This document shows positions 32,121 to 45,631 of a DNA stretch of 64,000 bases, piece by piece. The DNA comes from Octopus sinensis. Taxonomy: Eukaryota. Where the stretch lies: positions 206,770,001-206,834,000 of the forward strand of contig NC_042998.1 in the NCBI RefSeq assembly GCF_006345805.1, in the 5' to 3' direction. Both the position numbers and the translations under genes were made by a program. The notes beneath the pieces are model-generated. The model was not told the DNA's origin. It made no database searches and saw nothing but the letters and a program-made list of their open reading frames with translations. How positions within the stretch are numbered: position 1 is the first letter of the stretch; each line of letters starts with the position of its first letter.

Positions 32121-32766
32121 TAACAATGAGGGTCTTTGCAACAAGTTGCTAGACCACATACCGAAAGAATTAGAAATAGCAGCCAGAGGACTGTTATTTC
32201 TTTTACTACAAAAATATGTAGTAAAAGAAATAACAGTCCTCTGGCTGCTATTTCTAATTCTTTCGGTATGTGGTCTAGCAACTTGTTGCAAAGACCCTCA
32301 TTGTTATAATTATATACACTTTTACCGAATATGGTTCCTTTTTCATACCGAAATACTACTTGGTGAAATTTGTTGATTTTATTAAATTAATTATATTTCA
32401 CCCTTTATATGTATATATATATATAATTATATATATATATATATTATATATATATATATATAATTATAACAATGAGGGTCTTTGCAACAAGTTGCTAGAC
32501 CACATACCGAAAGAATTAGAAATAGCAGCCAGAGGACTGTTATTTCTTTTACTACAAAAATATGTAGTAAAAGAAATAACAGTCCTCTGGCTGCTATTTC
32601 TAATTCTTTCGGTATGTGGTCTAGCAACTTGTTGCAAAGACCCTCATTGTTATAATTATATACACTTTTACCGAATATGGTTCCTTTTTCATACCGAAAT
32701 ACTACTTGGTGAAATTTGTTGATTTTATTAAATTAATTATATTTCACCCTTTATATGTATATATAT
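32116..32766. repeat. Tandem duplication (346-bp period) of a unit containing a 95-bp-arm palindrome
   Basis: 32116-32210 / 32217-32311 inverted with loop AAAATA; whole unit repeated at 32462-32766 after a (TA)n spacer. Confidence 0.9.
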
Positions 32767-32767
32767 A

Positions 32768-32814
<47 letters not shown>

Positions 32815-33264
32815 CATACACACGCACACGTGTGTGTTTGCGTTTGTCCGTCACTCGCTTACTGCTTAACTGGTGCTGGTTTGTTTATGTCCCTGTAACC
32901 TAGCGGCTGGGCAAAAGAGACTGATAGAATAAGTACTGGGATCAATTGTTCGTCTAAACCCTTGAAGGTAGTGCTCCAGCATGGTCGTAGTCCAGTGACT
33001 AAACAAGTTCTGAACAAGAATAATACATATGACTTCAGTGGGGTTTGGGTGTTATTCTTAGCGGAGCCGGCCACCTTATAGAGCAGGGCTGGTCAACCTG
33101 AGTCCTGCAGGCTTTTACCTTGCGCTCCACTTCATACTTTCTTGAAATGAGTTTATTTAAAGAAACATTTAAAAAATTTTATCAAAAATTAGCGATCTTT
33201 CATTTATTATTGTAATAATTGCATGAGAAAGCAAAATGCTTTCAATTCTGTCAGTGTACAAGTG

Positions 33265-33600
33265 GCCCTCAAAAACCTTCAGGATTTTGCTTCCTCACTG
33301 CATGGCTGTGCTGTGTTTTCCAAACTCGATCTGATAATGGCTTACCATCAGATCCATGTCCACCCTGAAGACATCCCAAAAATGGCAGTAACAACCCCCA
33401 TTCGGCTCTTTCGGATCTTTGAAATGCTGCCATCACATTTCAACTGTTCGTAGACAGAATCATTGATGGACTGGATTTCGTCTGTTACTATATCAATGAT
33501 CTGATTGCCAGGGTTTCACAGAAGCACATACTTTTCCAGGTTACTTTTCCAGCACCTTACCCAATATAAAGTGCGAATTAACCCAGCTAAATGTAATTCG
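33265..33600 (+). mobile_element. Ty3/Gypsy reverse transcriptase fragment, degraded
   Basis: LHGCAVFSKLDLIMAYHQIHVHPEDIPKMAVTTP, then a YINDL (YxDD-like) segment and INPAKC; no LTRs seen. Confidence 0.8.
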
Positions 33601-33950
33601 AGTTGGCCAGGCCTTCTATAGAGCATTGCTGCTTGGCTTCTGAGTCTGACCTTTATTCGAGCAAATTACTGTTCCTCAGAAGAACCTTAATTCCCACAAG
33701 AGCAACGAACAAATATTCTCCTCTCTTAAAAATGTCACTTTTACTCTTTTACTTGTTTCAGTCATTTGACTGCAGCCATGCTGGAGCACCGCCTTTAGTT
33801 GAGCAAATCGACCCCGGAACTTATTCTTTGTAAGCCCAGTACTTATTCTATCGGTCTCTTTTGCTGAACCACTAAGTGACGGGGACGTAAACACACCAGC
33901 ATCAGTTGTCAAGCAATGCTAGGGGGACAAACACAGACACACAAACACAT

Positions 33951-33981
<31 letters not shown>

Positions 33982-34980
33982 CGACAGGCTTCTTTCAGTT
34001 TCCGTCTACCAAATCCACTCACAAGGCATTGGTCGGCCCGGGGCTATAGCAGAAGACACTTGCCCAAGGTGCCATGCAGTGGGACTGAACCCGGAACCAT
34101 GTGGCTGGTTAGCAAGCTACTTACCACACAGCCACTCCTGCATAGCATTTCAGAGAAGGAACTTTTAGTTGTTGAGTAAATCAAATCTTGTGACTTACAA
34201 AACCAAACAAACATCCTAAGTGTTAGGAAATTGGCCTCCGAAGTAAGTTGGAAAGGGAAAAGGCACGGATCTTTTGGAATTCTTTCCAGCCACAATGTTT
34301 CTCTTCAAATAACCATGGAAACAGACAATTGCGACTTCCTGTATGTCGGTAATGGACGCTTCCGATTGGCTAAAACTACATAACACTAAATACTTGTAAT
34401 TTATTAATAATTTCTGGAAGAAAGTGGTGAGCTTGGCAGAATCGTTAGCATGCCGAATAAAATGCTTAGCGGCATTTCTGAGTTCAAATCCTGCCGGGGT
34501 TAGCTTTGCTTTTCATCCTTTTGGGGTCGATAAAATAAGTACCAGTTGGACACTGGGGGTGATGTAATCAACCTAATCCTTCTCCCAACATCTCAGGCCT
34601 TGTGCTCTCCAGTAGTAGAAAGGGTTCAGTTTTAGAGGAAATGATTGTAATTTTCGTCTCCAACATGGAATACTGCAACAGTATAATAAAACAGTAAATT
34701 CTGGGAGGTGGAGAGAATATTAAAATATCCCTTTCATGATAAAAAAAAAAAAAGCGAGACTTAAATCGATGGAACTGAACTAAACGGTAAGTTCAGTTCG
34801 AAAGAGTTTTTAAAATTATTTCGTGAAGAGTTTTCGTACATTCATTTTAGAGTTGTCCCCCTTGTACTGTATACCGTTACTCGAAATGATTTGTGATTCT
34901 GCTCAATGCATGTGTGAACGAGTGTTTGTACGCCTCTCTCTTTCCCTGTCACCCCTCTGTCTGTCTGTCTGTCTGTCTCT

Positions 34981-35016
<36 letters not shown>

Positions 35017-35106
35017 ACACGTCTTCCCAGACATTTGTACATCACTGCATATGCTTTATACGCACTTTTGACAAGTTGTGGTACCTGAGCACTGTATACA
35101 ATAATT

Positions 35107-35151
<45 letters not shown>

Positions 35152-35204
35152 GGCGCAGGAATAACTGTGTGGTAAGTAGCCAAATGACTGAAACAAGTAA
35201 AAGA

Positions 35205-35258
<54 letters not shown>

Positions 35259-35264
35259 TATATT

Positions 35265-35585
35265 ACGGTGATGTACTTGCATAGCAAGTGAATTTGATCT
35301 GAGATCGTGTGCTGAAACAAAAACAATTGCAGCGTGGAAGGTGTTTATAAGCGATTTAAGAAAAACACAAAAACCGTTACATTCACTTCAACATTTAAAT
35401 TTAATTTGTCAAAATATTTTCGTCGCTTTGAGACCGCGACCTGTTCAATGACGAAATTCCGTGCTGGTCGCGGTCTTAAAGCGACGAAAATGTTTTGACA
35501 AATTAAATTTAAATGTTGAAGTGAATGTAACAGTTTTTGTGTGTTTCTTAAATGGCTTATAAACACCCTCCACGCTGCAATTGTG
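35265..35585. mobile_element. Inverted Penelope-like pLTR remnant, same family as 16295-16550, flanked by (TA)n
   Basis: Inverted arms; minus-strand hammerhead-like motif 35405-35455 with perfect GUCGC/GCGAC stem II. Confidence 0.6.
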
Positions 35586-36430
35586 TTTATATATATATGT
35601 AACGATTAAAGATTACTTTTGTATCGGTTGAAATTGTTTTGCAACGGCATGTTGTAAGAATGTGAAAGGTGAACAATGCATGAAATTTTAAGGAAGTATT
35701 TATTTTTACCCGTTACATTATACAATACCTTACCTCAACGGGCAGGTGATGAAAATCGTAAAGCATGCGGAGGAAAGATTGATGTAGATTTTCCTTGCAT
35801 AGTTTGTGTTTGAGTTCTCGTCATTGTTTAGTAGTAATTACAGGGAGAGATAGAGTGATGTAAGAGAACAGAATTAGAGCTAGTGAGAGTGAGAGAGTGT
35901 GGGACGAAATAACTGCTTCGTTGGTGTGATACCATAGTTGTTCTAGCCGGTCAACCAGACTCTGTTTCCACTGAGTTGTCACCAAAGTGACTAATTCATT
36001 GAGTTGTCTCCAAGTGACCACTGGTTTTTGCTTGGGGGTTCTTGCTTTTATAACTATTCATAAGGATAGACATATCGTTGAAAACAATGGGCTTTGTTGG
36101 TGGTACTGTGATATTTCTATTCTAGCTTTTGGTGAAGCAGAAGAGGTTATAAGGGTCAAGTGGTGAAGACATTATTTCGGCTTAGCTAAAGGCATCTGGC
36201 AAATGTAAAACTGCTGTCTTTGAAAAAAAAAAAAAATACCATTGTTCCACCGAGAAAAGTTCTATTGAACTGTTAATTTAAATTTGGCTATGGTGGATCG
36301 AATCCACTTCATACTTGCAAGATTCACTATATATATATATATATATATTAGTGAATCTTGCAAGTATGAAGTGGATTGTATGTATGTATGTATGTATGTA
36401 TGTATGTATGTATGCATATATGTATGTATA

Positions 36431-36988
36431 TGTCAGGTCACTTTCGAGTGCTACTGGTAACATGTAACCCAGTACAACATGTTGCATGGTCGGGTCGTCG
36501 GCGACTAAACCGGCAACCCCACCAAACTTGCTTGGTGAGGAGGGTGTTTATTGGACACCCTGCGGGATGAAAAACAAAACCCGTCAAAGGGCGGAGGAAC
36601 TCTTGAGAGTCAACGGCCATCCAATAAATGTCTTAAGGCTGTATCATGCGCAGGGACATAGAAATAATCGGACTGAATACCCGATGGCGCGGTTAAACCA
36701 TTGGGAGTGAAGGACTCCTAGCCTTTGTTAGGGCATCCTTCTAGGAGAAGGTAACTCAGGTAACTGGGATAACTCCGACATAAAAACCTGCGGCTCAGTG
36801 GTTACCGATGATGTTGACTTGTTCTTCTTTTCGGATTATGGCTGCTGTTGCTTAGTGAGTGGGATTGACTCAGTGCACAGCCTTTCCTCACTTTAAAAGA
36901 AAATCTTCTTGCACAGGCATTGCACGATAACAACATTGATTAAGCTTCGTGCAATGGCCATACTCGATAACGAGGGGGCAGCCACCAT
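36431..36988 (+). mobile_element. Non-coding retroelement-like insertion in (TATG)n, RTE 5'-UTR-like
   Basis: Unique GC-richer 560 bp between (TATG)n tracts; GGGCATCCTTCTAGGAGAAGGTAACTC motif; 3' hairpin TTGCACGA...TCGTGCAA. Confidence 0.45.
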
Positions 36989-37126
36989 GCATGTATGTAT
37001 GTATGTATGTATGTATGTATGTATGTATGTATGTATGTATGTATGTATGTATGTATATTTGAATGTATGTATGTATAATATTTACGTGGCGTAAAACTAT
37101 TGGCGAACAGCATGCCGGAATCAATA

Positions 37127-37809
37127 TCTATAATTCTGAATTGAGAAAGTTTGTTTGTTTGTCTCGTTTTGGCATTGGAACGGGTTAAAGGGCTCTAGAT
37201 CCCATTGGATTGACTCCAAAATTTACAGGGACATGTAAAAAGAGGTGAGGATGTGAGTGGGCTAGGTTAGAAATCCCTATCTTAAAAGGTGTGGTTACTA
37301 GGGCAAAAAACGCACACTTCGACGAGTCTTCTCTCATTCTCTTATCTGTCTGTCTTCCTCCGTCTCCCTCTGTTTCCTCCCTTCCCATCACTTTCTCTCT
37401 ATAACGACGTTTGACAGCTACTACTATCTTTCCCCCGCCGCCTTCGCCAGCGCTGTCACTATTTCTCTCACCGACTCCTTCTCTCTCTCTCTCTCTGTAC
37501 GTCTGTCTGCATTCATAGAGAGTTTTATTATCGCCACCACCACCACCACCACCACACCACCACACAATCACGAGAAAAAATATTATGAATCAGATATTTA
37601 TTGGGTTAATTTATATATGTGTGTGTGTGTGTTTGTATCTATATATAAATATGTATATATAATGTATATATACAAAGTGCATATATTTGTATTTATATAT
37701 ATACATATATATAATACAAATATATACACTTTGTATATATACATTATATATACATATTTATATATAGATACAGATACACACACACTCACACACATATAAT
37801 GCGTATATA

Positions 37810-37848
<39 letters not shown>

Positions 37849-39141
37849 TATATATATATTATGTGTGCATTATGTGGTCGGTTGAGCTGAAAATATGCAC
37901 ACCTATGTTAAAAGTGCTGGTGAGTTTGCATGGCAACTATTTTTTTCCTCAAATGAAAGGCGTGACCTCTTGGACAAAATTACTCATCTTTTAAAATGTG
38001 ACCCGATTACACCCGAATGAAATCGGCTTATATTAACTAAACAAGTAAAACAATGAAAAACTATGCCATTTTAATCCCAAATAAGGTCGGGTATCTCTGT
38101 ATTCTACTACATATTTGTGAAAAGGGCAGACGTTGTTTCAATCACAAGCAGTTATACAGGCAACAGTGTTAGTAAATATGGTAGGATTCAGTTGAAAATT
38201 TGCACCCCTATGTTAAAAGTCCTGGTGAGTTTGCATGGCAACTTTGAGTTTGCTCAATTGAAAGGTGTGGCCTCTAGGGCAAAATTCCTCATCTTTAAAA
38301 TGTGGCGCGCGTAGACCCGCATGAAATCGAGTTATAATACCGAAATAAATAAAACAATGATAAACTATTTTAATCCCGAGCAAGACCGGGTTTCTCTGCT
38401 ATCTATATATATATAAGAGGCTTTGGGTCAAAATTGTGTGCATATTTTGCTACGTCAGAGGTTGGCGGCCACACCAGTGGTCAGATCGAGCTGAAAATTG
38501 ACACAGGCATAGAAGGTGCGATGAGGCAGAGAGTTGAGTAGGTTAAAACTCACCATCTGGAAAGATGCGGTTGCTATGGTGAGAAGTTTCAAGGGGGCTC
38601 TAAGCCCCTCCAGATTGGCGCGATTGGCATCTAATCCTATCTATAAAATGAAGAAGGCGAACGTAGACACAAATTGGATTTTTATGTAAAAAGGGGTCTA
38701 AATGGAGCTGGAAGGGGATTCAAATTTACAGGAAGGGGTAACTTAGGGGGGAAATTGATTGGGAGACGTTTTGTGCCGCTACAGTGGTTGCTTTAGTGTG
38801 AAAACTGGGATTTTATTGATTTTGGGGGACACTTGGGGGTCTAGATTGGACACCTTTTGCCCGATTTCAATCAAATTTTCGACATGGTAAAGTGGAAGCG
38901 GATTTGTAATTTAAACGCGGAGATCTAATTTTTTTATAAGTGGCAGAGAGATAGATAGAGAAAGATAAGGAGTAAGAGAAAGTGAGGGAAGATCCAAGAG
39001 AAAGGAAGAGTAAGAGAGTGGGAAAATGAGAAAGGATAGAGAAAGAAAGAGGGAGAATGTGGCGATAAAAAACAGAAAGGAAGAAACAGAAAGTAACAAC
39101 CACACCCTCACCCACGCGTAGAGCGGGTCACCTTAAGCTAG
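37127..39141 (+). mobile_element. Tandem/composite non-autonomous Helitron-like elements
   Basis: A|TCTATA 5' start at 37127; 3' GC hairpin CCC...GGG then CTAG|T at 39138-39142; internal degenerate 3' ends near 38077-38105 and 38375-38403; new TCTATA start at 38402; ~230-bp module repeated. Confidence 0.6.
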
Positions 39142-39629
39142 TCTAATGTATAAAATGAATGCAGCCTATTTGAACGTATTTATCCAGGATCATTGTCACA
39201 GCGACAATATCATTCCAATTGAACAAGTTCCAAGGGTCTGGAGATGTGTTGAGTAATCAACAAAACTGTGATGTTAGAGGGGCCACGATACGGGAGGGAT
39301 CTGGTTATCGTCGGGCTAGATTAGATACAGTTATTCAATTTTGTTTGTCATTAGCGGATGCTTGAGGCCCCTCGCATTGCTTAAGCTTCAGAGATCACAG
39401 TCAAGACCTTAGACAACGTGACCCCATCCTTGATCACTATCATGCATGAAGTTAAATACAGGAATCGATTGTGTGTACTTGAAGGAGACAGTCTCTCTGT
39501 GGTGTTATTTACAAATCGCAAAGAAATTCTTATGTTTTTGTTGAGTAAATCTGAAAGATATGTGACCGGATCATAGCCAGACAGGAAGTCCAATCTGACA
39601 CACGACTCATTTATGGTTGGCCTGAAAGT

Positions 39630-40015
39630 ATAGTTAGTTAGTTAGTTAGTTAATTTTTTGGCTCAAAAGCAAATAGCAAGGCCATGTAGGGGGACATGGA
39701 GTTATGTACAGGGTAGTGTTCATGTAAAGAGTTCAGGCCACTTGAGGTCAAGGGAGACCTTGAACCGAGCGGTCGTCGGCATCTTCACCATCTCGTCTGG
39801 CAGCTTGTTCCACGGATCCGCAACCCGGGCGGAGAAAGCTCCTCTCCTTCGATTGAGATGAAATCGTCGCAGGTAGAGCTTTTCGGAATGACCCCGCAGC
39901 CGACGCTCTGGAGCAGGAGTGAAGAACAGCTCTTTCGAGAGGTTACACTTTCCGCTTATGATGTTGTGGGCGAGAATGAGATATAAGTCTGGTATATGAA
40001 GGAAATGAATAGTCT
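39630..40015 (-). mobile_element. CR1-type LINE 3' fragment with (TAAC)n tail
   Basis: RLRGHSEKLYLRRFHLNRRRGAFSARVADPWNKLPDEMV...FKVSLD. Confidence 0.85.
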
Positions 40016-40320
40016 TCACCTCGTTACGACATTCTCCAAAGGTGTATGGTTGAAGTTCTATATTTAAGAGATGATGAAATTATGTACATTACTCTTTTAC
40101 TTGTTTCAGTTATTTGACAGTGGCCATGCTGGAGCATCTCCTTTAGTCGAGCACGTCGACCCCAGTACTTATTCCTTGTAAGCCTTGTACTTATTCTATC
40201 GGTCTCTTTTGCCGAACCGCTAAGTTACGGGGACGTAAACACACCAGCATCGGTTGTCAAGCGATGTTGGGGGGACAAACACAGATACACAAACACACAC
40301 ACACACATGTATATATATAT

Positions 40321-40362
<42 letters not shown>

Positions 40363-41397
40363 ACACACATATATACGACGGGCTTCTTTCAGTTTCCATC
40401 AACCAAGTCCACTGACAGGGCTTTGATCAGCCCGCGGCTGTAGTAGAAGACACTTGCCCATATTTATGTGGCAGGCTTCTTTCAGTTTCCAAAGACTTGT
40501 GAGTGGATTTGAAAGACGGAAACTGAAAGAAGCCCATCATTTACACACACACACACACACACACGCACGTGTGAGTGTGTGCGTGTGTGAATATATGTGT
40601 GTGTCTTTGTGTCTGTGCTTGTCCCAATCACCACTGCTTAATGACCGGTGTTGGTGTGTTTATGCCCCTGTAACTTAGCACTTCAGCAAAAGAGACTGAT
40701 AGAATAGGTACCAGCCTGGGATCGATTCATTTGACTAAAAATTCTTCAAGGCGGTGCCCCAGCATGGCCGCAATTTAATAACTGAAACAACTAAAAGCCA
40801 CTCCGCTTGGAGTATAACTTTAGAAATATAATTGCTGGCAGACACGTTAGCGCGCCGGGCGAAATGCTTAGCGGCATTTCCCCTGTTTCACGTTTTGTGT
40901 TCAAATTCCGCCGAGGTCGACTTTGCCTTTCATCCTTTCGGGGTCGATAAATTAAGTACCAGTTACGCACTGGGGTCGATGTAATCGACTTAATCCCTCT
41001 GTCTGTCCTTGTTTGTCCTCGCTGTGTTTAGCCCCTTGTGGGTAGTAAAGAAATAGGTATTTCGTCTGCTGTTACGTTCTGAGTTCAAATTCCGCCGAGA
41101 TCGACTTTGCCTTTCATCCTTTCGGGGTCGATAAATTAAGTACCAGTTGCGTACTGGGGTCGGTGTAATCGACTTAATCCCCTCCTCCCAAATTTCAGGC
41201 CTTGTACCTAGAGTAGAAAGGATAATTATTATTATTATTATTATTATGCTGTTGTAGAATTCACGTTTCTTTGTGTTCAGTAAATTCCCGACAATGTTCG
41301 GTTGTGGTGTTTGTTTGGGTGTTTGTGCCGTCGCCATCACGATTCCTCCTTTACCGTTTCCAAACATCAACGGGAAATTATAGGGTTTTTTTTTAAC

Positions 41398-41485
41398 TCA
41401 CCACCACCACCAGCAACAACCATAATCATCACTACTACCACTAACCACAACCACCACCACCACCATCATCACCATCATCATCACC

Positions 41486-41534
<49 letters not shown>

Positions 41535-41593
41535 CCACCACCACCACCACCACCACCACCACCATCATCATCATCACCACCACCACCACCACT

Positions 41594-41624
<31 letters not shown>

Positions 41625-41680
41625 CATCATCATCACCACCGCCACCACCACCACCACCACCACCATCATCATCATCATTT
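41398..41680. repeat. (CAC)n/(CAT)n compound trinucleotide array
   Basis: Alternating CAC and CAT blocks. Confidence 0.95.
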
Positions 41681-42127
41681 CGCTCAACCTCTCCCGTTTC
41701 CCGTCCTTCCAACCCCTCTCCAGACTCCTCTTCCTGTTAGACTTCTCCACCCAACCCCCACCCCACCCCAACCCCGTCGCCTCCACTCCCAATCATTGGA
41801 CCCCTCCCCCCCAACACCGCAACCCCCCTGCCCAACCCCCTCCCCCTTGACTTCCAATTCTTACTGGCACCAATAAACTATATTGAGTTCAGGAATCTAC
41901 AGGGAAAAATAAACCATATGCCAATGGTTAAACGTGACAACATCCCAGAAAAGGTGTTCTCTCATCGCAGCCCCACTTAACGACGCTTTCAGAACTCAGC
42001 CCAACCCACCCGCCCGCCCGCCCCACTAACCACCCCCCTCCTGCCTTTCACACATTTCCACCGAAAACTGGTTTCTCTCTTTTCTTCTTCAATTCTTTAA
42101 TTCGTTTTGCACTCCCATTTCAGTGAA

Positions 42128-42132
42128 TCTAC

Positions 42133-42163
<31 letters not shown>

Positions 42164-42164
42164 C

Positions 42165-42238
<74 letters not shown>

Positions 42239-42239
42239 G

Positions 42240-42271
<32 letters not shown>

Positions 42272-42272
42272 C

Positions 42273-42325
<53 letters not shown>

Positions 42326-42327
42326 CC

Positions 42328-42366
<39 letters not shown>

Positions 42367-42427
42367 ATCTTTCCCGTGCGTCTAAAATTTTGTCTTCTCT
42401 CTTTTTACGTACACACACACACACACA

Positions 42428-42478
<51 letters not shown>

Positions 42479-42480
42479 TG
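42128..42480. repeat. (ATCT)n, (GTCT)n, (CT)n, (CA)n compound microsatellite
   Basis: Direct reading. Confidence 0.95.
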
Positions 42481-42699
42481 TATGTCTCTGTGTGTGTGCA
42501 ACAATTCTGTTCACGCTTCCTCCTCCTCCTCCTCTCATGAAAAACTCACCTCTCACCTCTACTACATTATTCGCACCCCCACTTCTTTCTATCTTAGCTC
42601 GTAACGCCGCCACCGTATCCCACCGGACTCTATATTCCTCCTCCACACCCCCAACCTTTACATTCCCCCCACCATTCACTCTCTGTTCCCCCCCCCGCC

Positions 42700-42880
42700 C
42701 CCGCCTCCCCGGTCTCTCGCGCCCGCTCCGCCAATCGTCTCGAAAACCTAACGCCATTGGCTGAAATGAAATGTCGAAGCACGTGCCGAAAGAAGATGTG
42801 TTGCGGAAGCGATTCTTAACCAATGTTAGCAACCAGTAAATATTTGGTAGGTTGGAACCAGATTGGCGCGCGGGATGGGG
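42700..42880. promoter_or_regulatory. CpG-rich promoter-like island with four CCAAT boxes and an E-box
   Basis: CCAAT 42731 and 42820, ATTGG 42756 and 42862, CACGTG 42780-42785, GC-rich flanks in an otherwise AT-rich repeat landscape. Confidence 0.5.
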
Positions 42881-43219
42881 GATGGGGGGAAGAGGAGGAA
42901 ACTGAGAAAAGTTAGGAGGGGAGAGGAGAGGAGAGAGAGAGAGAGAATGTTAGGGAATGAGAGCTGGAGGGAGGGAGGGAGAGGTCTTATTTTTTTTTTA
43001 TCTTTTACTAGTTTCTGTCATTGACTGCGGCCATGCTGGGGCACCGCACCGCCTGGAATAATTTTTAGTCGAATGAATCTGCCACAGATTCTTTTAAAGC
43101 CTGGTACTTATTCTATCGATCTCTTCTGCCGTGCCGCTAACTTATGGGGCCATAAACAAAGCAACACAGGGTGACAAGCGGTGGTGAGGGTCGAACATAA
43201 AGACACACACACACAGAGG

Positions 43220-43260
<41 letters not shown>

Positions 43261-44263
43261 TATACATATATACAACGGGCTTCTTTCATTTTCTTTGGTC
43301 GGCCTGAGGTAATAGTAGAAGACACTTGCCCACGGTGCCACGCTGTGGGACTGAACCCGGAGCCATGTGGCTGGTAAGCAAACTTCTTACCAAACAGCCA
43401 CGCCTATGGTTGTGGAAGTGGGTTGAGCCAGGAAAGTGCTTGTCCATTGAAAGGGTAGCAATGAAATAATGGGCGCGTTTTAATTATTCTTCCGAGGGAG
43501 GAATTCCAACCACGTTTCGCAGTTCGCTACCTCAACAGCTCCTTTATAGGATCCAGTGGTGAAGGACATCTGTTTCTTTATTACCCACAAGGGGCTAAAC
43601 ATAGAGGGGACAAACAAGGACAGACAAACGGATTAAGTCGATTATATCGACTGGTACTTAATTTATCGACCCCGAAAGGATGAAAGGCGAAGTCGACCTC
43701 GGCGGAATTTGAACTCAGAACGTAACCGCAGATGAAATACGGATATGTATTTCGCCCGGCATGCTAACGTTTCTGCCAGCTCGTCGCCTTCCAGTGGCGA
43801 AGGACATCATCAGGAGGAACCACGTCCGGTTTCGGCCCCTACTCCTCTACCGTTTTCCACGTGGCGGGGCCTCAGCTTGCGGAGGTGTCTTCAGCTCTGG
43901 TGTTGAGTGCGTTTTTTTCCATTTTTTCCCTTTTTTTTTGTTCTTCTTTGGTTTCTTCGATGACACGTCAACGAATGACCAATCTGTCAAACTTCTCTTT
44001 AAATACTCCCCGGTAGACACCGGCAGCCAGCACCAGCTTACCGTCACGTGACACAATCTAAGCTTCAGCTGACCAATTGGTACAATATTAGTGGTGGAAG
44101 CAAGTCGATTACATCGATGTTAGTACTTGACAGTTACTTTATTGACCCCTAAAGGGAAAAAAAGGCTAAAACGACCTTGGCCGAACTTGAACCCAAAACG
44201 TAAAGAACCGGAAAAAAAAACTTCTTTAGCCTTTCGTCCCAGCGATTAGGCCAGCTTGCCACC

Positions 44264-44363
44264 NNNNNNNNNNNNNNNNNNNNNNNNNNNNNNNNNNNNN
44301 NNNNNNNNNNNNNNNNNNNNNNNNNNNNNNNNNNNNNNNNNNNNNNNNNNNNNNNNNNNNNNN
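44264..44363. other. Assembly gap (100 N)
   Basis: Run of exactly 100 N, a typical fixed-size scaffold gap. Confidence 1.
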
Positions 44364-45121
44364 CTTTAGCAACTGTGCGCATGAATATGTACACATGAAT
44401 GCGATTGCATATTCGCATGCATGTGTTATGCGTGTGAGTGTGGCAGTTAACGAGCTATAGAATGAATGACAACCCCCCACCATCACTACCACCACCACCA
44501 CCAATCTGCTCACCAGATGACGTTAGCGTAATGAATATATCAGCTCGGGGAACACCTTTGGTTAATTAGTGCATGATACAAAGTTGACAACAACACCAAC
44601 AACAACTATTCCAGCAATATAAACAAACAAACAACAATACCAAAAACAGCTACTGTTGAATGGAGTTTGTAACCAATAAGCGACTCTCTATAACCAGTTA
44701 ACTCAAGTGGGTGGAACCATTCTTGGGGCGGGCAGTCGAAGATGTTATGAGATACAGAGGCAAGCGGTTGTGGGGGGTAGATAGATTCATCTCTAAGGTT
44801 TTTTTGTTTTTTCCTTTTCAGTTTTTTGTCTTTTCTTTAAACATTATCTTTAAAAAACACTTTTAAATGTGGTTTTTTAAGATTAACTGCTTTTGAGCTA
44901 CAACAACAGCAACAACAATAGACGTTGAAATATCATTGAGTAAATAAGCTAATCTGCGGCTATGAAGCTCATTTTACAAGAATGTGGTTTCGAGTTCAGT
45001 CCCACTGGGGTGGTGCTTTGAGCAGGGGTCTTCTGCTACATACAGACCCCAAGACAACAATACAGTGAGTTGTAGAAATGAAGAACAGCCCATCATGTGT
45101 GTTTCTCTCTCTCTCTCCCTT

Positions 45122-45276
45122 ATATATATGTATATGTATGTATATATATGTATATATTATATGATATATGTATATATTATATGTATAATATATATATGTA
45201 TATATATATATATGTATAGATATATATATGTATATATATATATATGTATATAATATTATTGTATATAATATATATG

Positions 45277-45309
<33 letters not shown>

Positions 45310-45518
45310 GTATATGTATATATATGTATATGTATATATATGTATATGTATATATATGTATATGTATATATATGTATATGTATATATATGTATATGTATA
45401 TAATGTATATGTATATATATATATGTATATATGTATATGTATATATGTATATGTATATATATATATGTATATATATGTATATATATATGTATATATATAT
45501 ATGTATATATATTATATG

Positions 45519-45551
<33 letters not shown>

Positions 45552-45631
45552 GTATAATATATATATATGTATATATATATATATGTATATATCTATATAT
45601 ATGTATATATAGATATATATGTATATATATG
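45122..45631. repeat. Degenerate (TA)n/(TATG)n array
   Basis: Direct reading. Confidence 0.95.

Noticed and set aside
32072-32722. Identical MLDHIPKELEIAARG peptides on both strands
   Set aside because: Consequence of the palindrome and its duplication
41302-41850. 182-aa poly-His ORF
   Set aside because: Produced by the (CAC)/(CAT) array; no splice or domain support
43847-44056. Lys-rich minus-strand ORF (SSKKPKKNKKKGKKWKK)
   Set aside because: Driven by T-runs, stops in all frames nearby, no clear splice sites or homology
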